Positions 37,065-49,000 of a DNA stretch of 64,000 bases are shown piece after piece. The notes beneath the pieces are model-generated. The model saw only the letters and a program-made list of their open reading frames with translations, made no database searches and was not told the DNA's origin. Position numbers and translations under genes: made by a program. Each line of letters opens with the position of its first letter. Position 1 is the stretch's first letter. Origin of the DNA: Marsupella aquatica (Eukaryota; Plantae; Marchantiophyta); NCBI GenBank assembly GCA_973895155.1, contig OZ316893.1:23830015-23894014 (forward strand), given 5' to 3'.

Positions 37065-40000
37065 ATAGCGACTTCAATCGAGATCATCCTAAGTTGTTCT
37101 ACCCCTCTGTTACGGCTAGTGTTAAGGAACAACTGAGAGAATTAGAAACCCTGGAGAATACCGAAGCCATTGCCAAGGATGTGAAACGAGCAAAAGCATT
37201 GTTTGCTTCGGAGGACCCAACAGCTGTGGAGACTAGCGTGGCAAAACTGGCCGAATCCAAGACGGAGATACCACCAGAGGAGAAGCCGATTGTTCCCTAT
37301 GACCTGGCTAAGGATGTACTAGAATCTAGAGTCTCGGCAACAGTAGGTCAACTATTGAAAAATAGCCCGTACTTCTGGAAGCAATTAAGGAAGGCTATTC
37401 TCGGCAAGCCAAGATTACCCAAGGTAGCGACCAGATCCGATGTACTAATGATAGAAGAAGATCAAGGAGCCCCAGCTTTACCATTAATGATTCAAGGAGA
37501 AATATTACTACGGGTACCCATTGATGGAGGATCCGGGGTATGTATCATGATTGATTCAACAGCAAAAGGATGGGGTCTCACACCGGAGAGGACTGGAAGA
37601 GTGTTGAACATGGCCAATGGGTATCAGGTCATTCCCACGGGAGTGTTAACCGGCATCAAGACAAAGATAGGAGGTATCTTCTTTAGCATTAACTATGTAG
37701 TAATGAAGCCGGTAAACCCTATGTCGTTTCGGCTATTAATTGGCAGGCCATGGCTGTACCTAGCCGAGGTAATAGAAGATTGGGGTAAAAAGCAGTTCAC
37801 TTTCGGGAACCCCTCTATCACGGTATCCTGGGACACTAAGGATGACTATAGGAAAAGCATAAGGGAAGCAGATGGGTACGACAGTGGTCTGGAGTCAACC
37901 GATGAAGTACGTTGGCTAGAATGCCTCACTGACCTAACCGAAGAAAGTGTCTTTGGACCAGAGGTACCCCCCAACGGATTATGGCAAGAACCAATGGAAG
38001 GTGATTTGGAAGAAGAAGACGAAGAGATCGAGGACTGCTTTACAATAGAATCAACCTTTTTAGCTGCAATTCCGGAGGAAGTAAAGGATGTAGACCAATT
38101 GGATGAAACGGCTAAGTGGGGAGCAGTAGCAGGGACAGTGGATTTTCTGCAGGCGTTGTGGCAGAGCCGACAGGGTCCACAACGCCATCGATCATCGGCA
38201 AGGAATTAAATACCAAGGGATCGGCATACAAGCCGATTACAAGGGCAAAACAAATTGAGGCCCTATTAGAAGCCGAGAGAGCACAGCGGCCTGACCCTCA
38301 GGAGGAAGAGGTGGATGAGATGCACAGACAGAATCCAGAGCCGAGGCAGGAAGGAAAACCTACTACCAATTCAAAACCGAATAGGTCGGCAAGGGGACAA
38401 TCTGTGGGCACCAAGGGAGAAACTGATTCGGCTAGTACAGCCGAGATTCCAGTTTATGGAGGTATGAGACTGGAGAGACTGGAAGTCGAACTGGACCCGA
38501 ATTTGAAGAAGTAGATTAATATGATCCAAGCACGGCAATATCAGAAGCTTGACTTAGGAGAGGGAAGAGAACTGAACTTAGGGAGAAACCTAGCACCTGA
38601 GCTCGAGAAAGAGATCAGTGACTTATTGATTGAATTTCAGGATGTGTTTGCATGGAGTCACCAAGATCTAAAGGGAGTAGATCCAACACTAGGGGAACAT
38701 CGAATTGATCTCATGTTAGGAGCCAAATCATTTCGACAACCAATTCGAAGGATGAACCCGAAGTATTCCCTGCTGGTCAAAACGGAAATCGACAAACTAG
38801 TGGAAGCTGGATTCATCACTCCAGTCCTGCATTCAGACTGGGTGTCTCCAATTGTGATAGTTCCCAAGAAAGCTGGACCCGATGGTAAACCCAAGATCCG
38901 GGTTTGTCAGGATTACAGGAAGCTGAATGAAGCAACATTAAAAGACCATTTTCCTTTACTGTTTACTGATATGGTACTAGACATGGTAGCCAGTCATGAA
39001 CTATATTCATTCATGGATGGGTACTCTGGTTATAACCAAATCAGGATTCGGTAGGAAGACCAAATAAAGACGGCCTTCATCACGGAATGGGGGATCTATG
39101 TCTTCAATCGTATGCCGTTTGGACTCTGCAACGCACCAGCTATGTTCCAACGATTGATGGTAAACATTTTTCATGATTACTTGAGAAAGTTCATGGAAAT
39201 CTTCATTGATGACTTTGCAGTATTCGAGAAGGCATCGAAACATGCTAAATACCTCAGGAAAACCTTCATGAGATGCAGAGAGGTGGGTCTCAAGTTACAC
39301 CCAGATAAATGTTTCTTTGCAGTAACCGAGGGGGTGCTACTAGGTCACAAGGTATCAAGGAAGGGCATTGAGATTGACAAAGGTAAGCTAGCAGTATGGC
39401 TAGATATCATGCAACCTAAGAACATAAAGGATGTAAGATCCTTCTTGGGATGCATTGGTTACTATCGCCGGTTCATCAAGGATTTTGCCAAGCTAGCTTT
39501 ACCATTAACCAACATGCTCAAGGCAGGAGCAGACTTCGAACCCACACCCGAATGAGTCACAGCGGTGGTAGAATTGAAGCAGATGTTGGTAGAGGCCCCA
39601 GTCATGATAGCACCGGACTGGAACAAAGATTTTCATGTTTTTGTCGATGTCTCGGGCTTCTGTATCGGCTCAGTACTAAGTCAGTTGGATGAGAAAGGAA
39701 GGGACCATCCCATATACTTTGCAAGCCGTCAGCTTGCCGATGCCGAACGGAACTACTCCACCACAGAGAGAGAAGCATTAGGAGTCATTTATTCTTGTAA
39801 AAAGTTTAGGCATTATTTACTAGGGTACAAGGTAATCTTTCATACCGATCATGAAATTTTGAAGTACCTAGTCAATAAGCCGGACCTTACAGGCAGAGTA
39901 GCAAGATGGATTTTGCTATTACAGGAGTTTGACTATGAGCTGAGGATCAAGCCGGGAAAGTTACACGCCAATGCCGACTTCTTTTCAAGGATCACAGGTG

Positions 40001-41382
40001 AACCTGCCACGGATTGCATCGACGATCGATTCCCCGACGAGGAGCTATTCGTTGTGGAAATAGCTGATACATGGTACCCTGAGATTTTACATTTTCTCAG
40101 CACTTCCAGATTACAGCCAAGATTAAGCCGAGAACAAGCCGCTGTCTTTGTGCGGAAGGTCAGACAGTATCAGTGCATTAAAGGCATACTGCACAAGCAT
40201 GGAATCAACAGCACGATTCAAAGGTGTTTGGAAAAGGGGGAGGTAAAACAAGTCCTACGGGCCATGCATGGAGAGGAGGCCGGAGGACATTTTGCCCCAG
40301 TAACCACGTCTAAGAAGATATTAAATGCCGGTTACTGGTGGCCCACCTTGCACAAGGATGTCTATCAGTTTATCCAACAATGCGATCCTTGTCAGCGAGC
40401 GGGAGGACCAAGGGCATCCACCAGACATCCACTGCACCCTATTCTACCTCTGGCACCATTCGAGAAGTGGGGTATTGATTACATCGGACCTCTTAAACCA
40501 CTGACCTACCCCCGACGAAACAAGTATATAATCCTGGCTACGGATTATGCAACTAAATGGGTAGAGGCCAGACCGACCACGAAGGATGATGCAATTACTA
40601 TGGCTAGATTCATGTATGAGCAGATCTTCACCAGGTATGGAGCACCCCTAGAATTAGTTAGTGATAGAGGAACCCATTTTTTGAATGATATAATTAGTCG
40701 TTTAAATGAGCAGTATTTAGTTAGACATAGGCCTACTACTCCCTACCATCCAAAGGCAAATGGGTTGACAGAACGAGCAAACGGAATTATAGGAAAGATA
40801 TTGAACAAGACAGTAGCTCAGAACAAACTTGATTGGGATGATAAATTGTTTGCTGCTGTTTTTGCTTACAATCTAGCCTATAAATCCACTACCGGTCATA
40901 CACCCTTCTTCTTAACCTTTGGACAAGAAGCCCTGGTACCCATGCAACTTGAGATACCGACATTTCAAGTTACAATTGAGGAAAGAGCCTCAACGGAGGA
41001 GAGCCTAAAGGAGCGAGAATATAGGTTAGAAGCTTTAGAGGAGGCGAGAATGATTTCAGCCGAGAGAGTAGAATATAGACAGAATATCATGAAGCAATAG
41101 TATGATAAAAAGTTGAAAGTAGTTAGTATTCACACCGGTGATCTTGTGTTACTTTATGACAGTAGGTATAATAGGTTTCCAGGGAAGCTTTACACTTGCA
41201 GGTTAGGACCCTTTAGAGTAACCATGATGTTCTCCAATGGCTCCGTACAATTGGCCAACATTACGGGAGAGGTATATCCAGTTCGCATCCATTATGACCG
41301 CCTCAAGAAATACTATATGGACGAAGATGAAGTTGTTCGTGAGGACGCTTCACAATTAAGTGGGGAGCTATGTGATGCCTAG
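37065..41382 (+). pseudogene. Gypsy A gag C-terminus and pol (non-chromovirus, Athila-like)
   Basis: Protease VPIDGGSGV, LLIGRPWL; RT DWVSPIVIVPKK, DYRKLN, FMDGYSGYNQI, MPFGLCNAP, FIDD; RNase H VDVS, NYSTTERE; integrase GGHF..CDPCQR, WGIDYIGP, SDRGTHF, YHPKANGLTE, GPF. In-frame stops; PPT AAGTGGGGAG before 41371; no chromodomain. Confidence 0.93.
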
Positions 41383-42033
41383 ACAGGAATCACTCGGCTA
41401 GTTAAGTGGGTAAAGCAGGAAGGCACCCTAGAAACACCTTAGTATAGGGACAAAACAAGGAAAATATAAACAATTAGGGGCGACCATGGAACCCGGGCCG
41501 AGGCCAGAGGTAAGGACGCTGGGGGTGAAAACTCGATTAGGGTTAGGGCGCGTTAAGCGTCGACGGCTAGGAAGGATCAACGGGAGGAAGGACCGGAAGA
41601 GGAGAGGGGTAAGGAGCGCTTGCAGGAGATGGTGGCTCATTTGCGAGCATGAACTAGGCAGACGACTACGGGAGGCCAACTACTGTCAGTTGCTTAGGCA
41701 AGCACTCGGGGAGAGAGTAGATACCGACGAGCGACCTAAGGAGGGTATGAGCAACGTCAATCAAGCGGCACATTTCTGGGGATGCCTGTTCGAACGGGCA
41801 ACTGAGTACATCAAGACTTACGAGGACGAGGAATCAGAAAGGGCAGCTCGAGAACGGCAGGAGCTCGCTCGATTGTGGGAGCTGCAGAAGACGGCTTTCT
41901 TAGGAGGCAAACTCATCAAGGATGAGTTCTTGTGGACTCCTACTTCCAATCAGCTCGACGATCTTCTATTTTGCAAAGACAGCGTCGTCGGCATCCGAGA
42001 GGCCATCAAGAACTGCAACGATATACACTGGGA
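41371..42033 (+). repeat. Gypsy A 3' LTR, truncated
   Basis: Matches 13574 onward up to CACTGGGA, then diverges abruptly. Confidence 0.9.
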
Positions 42034-43714
42034 GTTTTATAGTGGATCCTCTCTATCCAACTATTTTTAAGTTGCCTCCAGATGATGTGACTGCCCTCGA
42101 CAATTTTGTAAAGAACAACATAGAATGATGACCTGTATTTGGGGCAGGTACACTCCATGCCTTATATATGTTTATCATTCATCAGTAAGTTACACACCGG
42201 GGTTACACATTCTCCAGAGGAGCGAAGGTAGCAAGATTTGAAAACATCCTAAGCGTATTCTGATGTTATGTAATCTATAAACCTTGTAGATCTGGTTGTA
42301 ATCAATATAATACTCATTCATGGTGTTGGTCCATTTGTGGATCAGGTGTATTGGAGACTTCGAGATGACTAAGGTGGGGACAACAGTGATGAAGAAATGC
42401 TCTAGACTGAGCAGGAGGAGAAGCAGACCTGGTACTGGAGGTTTGAAAACTGCAGCAGCTGTTGTGGTTTATTCCAGAGTTCCAAAGTCAAGGAAGGCAC
42501 AGGGGAAAGGCAGCCCTGATTACAGCAAAGAAGAGTGGAGCAACAAGGAGATAGCTAAAGAGAGTTTTGGAGGTTGTGGTTTAGGAATCATAGATGTTGT
42601 GATTCCTGAAGTAGAGGCAGGTGTGGAGGGGCTATGGAATGTGATCTCTATTCGAAAATCATATGATTTGCCTACAATTGTCCCTTCCCATTTTTACAAT
42701 CATATTTTTTGGCAAGCAGAATGGCCTGTACACATAAGGGACTATTCACTTATGAAGCAGACCAGCATTGGAAGGCATGACAGTGGATAGGAGTCTTAGG
42801 TTTGTATTGTCTTAGGTTAGCTGCGGGGTTAGCTAATTCAATATCATTCTTTAGATTTATAAAGACTTACCATTTTCATCTCCTTTATAGAGCGGTTATA
42901 TACATACATGATCAGTGGTAACTTGGTCTTCAAAAAAACTCTCCATTTACATACTCGATTACATATATAAAGATTGCAGCATTCCCGGCAGCATTAAGCA
43001 TTATCACGCAATACAAATTGTAATATATGAAGGATAATTATTATTGCCCAAAACTCCCTTTTGTAATACACTGAAGATACTTTAATAAGAGGAAATTTTT
43101 GGTTTTTTATAAAAAACAAGGATAATCTCTATAGGAGAAAAATTAATAAGAAGGGGTACCTGTGTAGGGGAGGCTCACAGGTATGATTGTATAATATACA
43201 AGGAGTGAGGGCCTAGGGATTAACCCATTAACCTGAAATCTGCCTAACCCTTCAAACCCGCCTTCAAGTATTATCTAACACCCAAAACATGGCCAAAAAG
43301 CATTCCAAATATGAGTATAGAGGGGTCCACTTTACCTTTGAAAAAAACCCTTTCAAATGAAACCAACATTCCCCCCACGACGAGTTGCCAATGTCTTGCG
43401 AAGCCACTGCCTTCGCAAATACCATCACAAATTAGCATTGAGTTTTGCAAAGCATATGCTTTCGCACGACCTTCAGAAAAATAGAGCCCGAGAGCATTTC
43501 TACGAGAGAGCGAAGGTGTTGTGAAACCTTTCCCGTCGTAATGGTTTTGCAAAATTGCGAAACGAGAAGGATCGCAAATTGCGAAACGGGTTGCTTCGCA
43601 AGTCTTTCCCGCTTGTACTTTAGCACTCGGCCGTGGTGTACTCAGCGGCATTTGACAAATTTCAAGCGTAGGGAGGGAGAAGGGAGCTCTCGCGCGCTCG
43701 GGGGTGGCTTAGCT

Positions 43715-45700
43715 ATGGATTCCAGTGGAGCAAATGGAGGTGATGGGGCAGGGGTGAGTGACAATGGCAATGGGAATGAAGGCAATGGGGAGCAGGAGAG
43801 GAATTGATGGACCAATTTGATGGTTGAGCACCTCAATGCAGCACAATTGAGCCGCTTAGATTTGACTACACCAGTAGGGATTGCTTCTTTGAGTGCAATC
43901 CTAGGGCAAGCCTTGCAAACGGGAGTAGCTTCAGGGAACATTGCAAGGGAGGAGGAGCAAAGGGAGAAGAAGCGTAAGAAGGAGGAGAGGGCCAAGGCAG
44001 GAGTAGTCTCACCTACTGCCCTAGAAAAGAAGAGGAGGAGAGAGGAACGAGATGAGATAAGAGCACAGCGGGAGGAGCAGCGAAAGAAGGAGGAAGAGAG
44101 GAAGAAGCTGCCTATGATTGCCTTGATCGAAGGCATTCCTACTGAACTGGCCTACACCGGGGCAAAGAGCACTATCAGACTTATGGTGCGCTCCAATTTT
44201 GCACGAGGAGTTGAGTGGGGGAAACTCAGCAAGGCAGACCAGAGGAAAGTAATGAGTCAAATCAAAGATTCATTTCGAAATGGAGCAGAGATTGATGAAC
44301 AGTGGCTTACAGATAGAATTTCCAATTCAATGTCTCAAGCACGGTACCATGATAGGAAGAAGGTAAGGGCCTACCTGGCAAACTTGGAGGAGTAGAGAAA
44401 CGTGAGGAGGCCACTGCAATTCACTGAGGACGTGTGGAATGCCTTTTACAAAGTGGAGGTGCAGATGAGAGCTGCCAGGAACCTTCTCTTCTGGAAGGAG
44501 ATGGAAGCCAAGGCACAGAAGGCCGGGAAGTCCGACCGAGAGCTCAAGGCAATGGCTGAGAAGGTATCTCACATGCAACACATTGTGGATGAAGTGGGGG
44601 CACCACCCCAAAAATTCATCCTTGCAACTGAGCGAGTCAGCAAACGGCCCAAGACCACGCACAAGATGGGCCAAGGTGGACTTCTCGGCCTCAAAGCACA
44701 CTTTGTGAGTGGGCCCTCTCCTCCCCTACTTCTGTTTCCTTGCTTTCAATTGTTATCCAAACCTGCAATGCCCCCCTGCATACCTCTTCTTTCTTTCTTA
44801 CGGCCTGCCTTGTACTTTAGGTCCCCCTGACACATTGCGTGCCTTAGAGATTTCTCGGAATTTTTTTAAAAAGAGTTTGCGAAGCTTTTGCGATGGGGGT
44901 TGCTTCGCAAATGTTTCGCAAAGTCTATAATGGCATTTTTTAAAGTTATAGATGCGAAGCTATTGCAAACTAACCCGCTTCGCAAACTACTTTGCAAACA
45001 GCCAATTTATTTGAATTTGCGAAGCGGGGAGTTTTGCAAGTGTGTATTATGTTTAAAAAATACCGCTAAGGGTTATTGAGCCGAGTTTTGTGTTAGGGAG
45101 CACCCTATTAGCACCTCCATGCATTTTTCTTGGGTTTATGGCATATTAACCCCGATATATTTTGGTTTTGGAATATTTGGTTGTGGTAGTATAAGAGGTA
45201 CCGCAGGAAGATAACAGTAAAAGAGATGGAGATAGGAGTTGCGCATGGAGCCAAACATCTCTTTGACTTGGTTGACGCAGAGTTGGTGACTATAAGTGCA
45301 TGTATCCCCTTCAGTTTTTCCCACCCAATCCACTTATCTTTTCATTCCGTAAACCTAAACCAATTTGGCATTGTGCTGTGCAAACAGGATGATGAGGATG
45401 CCAGTGATACCAGCAGCACCGATGAGAACAATGAGGGGACCACGACAAAGGGGCCCAAGGTAGGAGGGAGTAGTGGATCTAGACCAGTAGGAGGAGTTTC
45501 CCAACAGGAGGGGGAGGAAGAGGATGAGGACGAGGACGAGGAGGAACCACATGCATGTGGAGGAGCAGCCAGCACCACCTCCTGTGCCACGTCCGGATCG
45601 TTGCAAGAGGGACAAGAAGAAGAGGCCGGCGACAAGGAGTAGGAGGACCCCATTCTAGAGCTTGGTGGTGTAGTGCCCATGGGATGCCCATTTACTTAGT
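43715..45700 (+). pseudogene. CACTA second gene (TnpA/Transposase_24-like), spliced, with stops
   Basis: MDSSG... through W.KLS...RPLQFTEDVWNAF...THKMGQGG; donor GTGAGT ~44705, acceptor ~45388; acidic last exon; lies inside the CACTA termini. Confidence 0.6.
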
Positions 45701-46041
45701 GTAGTATATAGTTTTGATATGGGTAGTCTTATAGGGACTTAGCTTGTCATATGACACCCATCTAGGGTTTAGGGTTTAGGAAACCCTAATTTCTGTGTAC
45801 CTATCAATTTTCTATAAAGCAATTTTGATTCAGACCTCATTCTCCGTGTTGGACAACAAGACCCCAACCATAATTCAAAACTCTAAATCTAAACCCTAGC
45901 CTCAAGACAGCTTGCGAAACCTATGCGAACAACCCAAATCGCATATTTACCATACTGAAGGTATTGCAAACATTATGCGAACCACATAAGTTCACACAAA
46001 TGCGAAGCAATCTTCATGGCATAACTACCATTCATTTAATA

Positions 46042-49000
46042 TGTGATGCCTAGCCAGGAATCACTCGGCCAGTTAAGTGGGTAAAGCAGGAATGCACCCT
46101 AGAAACACCTTAGTATAGGGACAAAACAAGGAAAATATAAACAATTAGGGGTGACTATGGAACCCGGGCCGAGGCCGGAGGTAAGGACGCTGGGGGTGAA
46201 AACTCGATTAGGGTTAGGGCGCGCTAAGCGTCGGCGGCTAGGAAGGATCAACGGAAGGAAGGACCGAAAGAGGAGAGGGGTAAGGACTGCTCGCGAGGAA
46301 TAGTGGCTCATTTGCAAGAACGAACTGGGCAGACGACTACGGGAGGCCAAATGCTATCAGCTGCTTAGACAAGCACTCGGGGTGGGAACAGATACCAACG
46401 ATCGACTCAAGGAGGGTATGAGCAACGTCAATCAAGCGGCACATTTCTGGGGATGCCTGTTCGAACGGGCAACTGAGTACATCAAGACTTACGAGGACGA
46501 AGAATCAGAAAGGGCAGCTCGAGAACGACAGGAGCTCACTCGATTGTGGGAGCTGCAGAAGACGGCTTTCTTAGGAGGGGAACTCATCAAGGCCGAGTTC
46601 TTGTGGACTCCTACTTCCAATCAGCTTGACGATCTTCTGTTTTGCGAAGACAGAATCATCGGCATTCGAGAGGCCATCAAGAACTGCAATGACATACACT
46701 GGGAATTGAAGGGTAGCACGGAGGGGTGGACAAAGGCAACCGTGCTAGGAGAAACCTCCACGGCAGCCGAAATGAAGAGGAAGGGAGCCGTCAATGATGA
46801 AGCCACCCCGGCAAAAACAACGAGGTCGGCGGCACCAAAGAGGCCAGCCGAGCAGCAGATCAGGAGGCAAGGAGAAGCCGAAGAGGAGGAGGTCGATCCC
46901 ATCAATGCCATTCCAACCAGGGATGACACCTGGAAAGGCTGGGCGGCAACCCTACCAGTGGAGGTGCAACTACATTTTGCACGGGAGGAGGATGCATGCT
47001 TTACGGCCATGCAGACCAAGAAGTACCAAGGCTTCATGGCCGGATCCGGCTTAGAGGCCTTTGTAAGATTACCATGGCTGAAGCCGGAGGTGCCGGAATT
47101 CAGACCTATTAGAATTCGTGGGGTCATGGGAACCCGAGACCAATTGCACGAGGATATATGGGAAGGATTTCTATCTTACTCCCAAGGTGATTGCCGAAGT
47201 GTTTGGCTTGCCGATAGGCAATAAGACCAAGGTTGATACCAGGAAGATCTTGCCTGACAAAGAGTTTCGATCGTTCCCCGGGCCATCAACGAATAATGGC
47301 TTCTTCCGGAACACCTGCACCAACCCGCACATAGGAGAGATGATAGACTTCTTGCAGGTAACCATGCATTGTAACTTGCCGAGGGCAGAGATCGGCAAGG
47401 CACAGGTCTATCTGGCAGAGAGGCCAGACCCAAGCCGGGACTACAACGGGTACCTCCTCAACCAATTGAAGAAAATCTTAAAGGAGGAGCAGCAGGTAAT
47501 CGGCATGGGGAGCGTGTCGCGGCTTGGCTATCACATGCCGTTGTTGTGCCGGTATGCCAGAGGTCAGACGTTTGCCCCAGTACTTCCCCTGCAGGTAAGG
47601 GCACCCGAGGAAGCTCCAGCACAGAGGCCGGTAGCAGAGAAGCCTCAACCACCTGTTAGCCCTACGATTGAGCAGGTGTTTAGGCCAAGGAAGGAAGACT
47701 TGCCAATGCAGCAACCAAGCATGCAGAATCTGCTGAAAATGCTGGAGAAGGAAAAGACGGCACCGGCACCGGCACCGGCACCAATACAGGACACTGCCCC
47801 AGAGGTCAACCTAAGCAGACTTAGAAGGGAAAACTCCTTTACCGAAAACAAGGAGAGAATCAGGCCAAAATCCAAGCTGGGTGTTCGAATGTACGTGGGA
47901 GTCTTAAGCTCTGAATTTGAGGCAGAATTGCCTGAAGCTCCTACCGACGAGGAGGAGAGGGAGAAGCCGGAAGTCCAAGAAGTAGAGGAGGCAGTGGAGG
48001 ACTTCAGCCATGATAACTCCGGCTATGGGTCGGACCATCACGTTCCAGGAGTAAGGACCTGTGGCCGGTTTATCCCCACACTTCCAAGGGTAGTACAAGG
48101 GGACCCCAACCAGCAGAGTAGCCCTGAGTCTCCCCCACCAGATGTTGCTCCCCCGAGCTTTGACGGCATAAAACAGACGGCGCAGGAATTTTAGGAGCGA
48201 ATCAGGCAGGAGGAGGCAGCCCTAGCTAGGGAAAAGGATTTGCCAGGAGGAGATTGGCCGGAGGACATCAGGCGGCTAGCCGAAAAAGGAAGCAAACCTC
48301 TAGCCACGATTGAAGAGATCCGCAAGACGGCTTGGGAACAGAGGCCATGATGGACCATGCCGATCACTTCTACTTACTCCACCTACGCTAAGAATAGAGC
48401 CATGGAGTATGGTGAGATAAGTGGGGAACTTGCGCTCGGCATCTTTGGGGAGGAGTTGGAGGTAGGACCCTTTTTCCATAGGGAGCAGTTGGAGAAGCAC
48501 CAATTAGAAGAAGCGGTGGCTTTAGAGAGAAGCAAGAAGGATGAGGTCATCCGACGGCTTAGGAGGATGGAAGCCGAGATTGAAGATCTAAGGGCGGCCA
48601 AGAAAGCCCAAGATGAACTATGGATTAAGCGACATGAGCTGAACATCATGCAGGGGCAGTTGGACACCGCGCAGGCTGATAATCAGATTATCAAGGATAA
48701 ACTGACTCAGACCCAGGGAGAATTGGCCGACGCAATCAAGGACAGGGAGAAATGGAAGAAGGAGCTGACAGACGCAGAGGAGGCCCATATAGCAGTCAAC
48801 AACCGGGTCACGGCGGAGACTCAGAGAAGGGAGAGGGCGCTGAAGGGAGAGCTCGAGGTCATCCACAGAGCCCTTGAGCAGAAGGAGGCCGAGTTAGGGA
48901 AATCCTATCAAGGGATTATTGCGCTACAGCAGGAGCTTGCGTCCCTGACGGCCAGCTTCAGGGCCGACCTATGGGAGAAGGACGCCCAGCTCGACCAGAC

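Larger units (their letters stand above)
11112..43218 (+). mobile_element. P-superfamily-like DNA transposon hosting the Gypsy A nest
   Basis: 19-bp TIRs CCCTGGGCCCCCACTCCTT (11112-11130) and AAGGAGTGAGGGCCTAGGG (43200-43218), 2 mismatches; 7-bp TSD ATTAACC (11105-11111 and 43219-43225); P-like transposase inside. Confidence 0.8.

Noticed and set aside
11106-43223. piggyBac/Kolobok reading (TTAA flanks, CCC ends)
   Set aside because: The TIRs align without a gap only with the 7-bp TSD ATTAACC, and the transposase motifs are P-like; kept only as an alternative.
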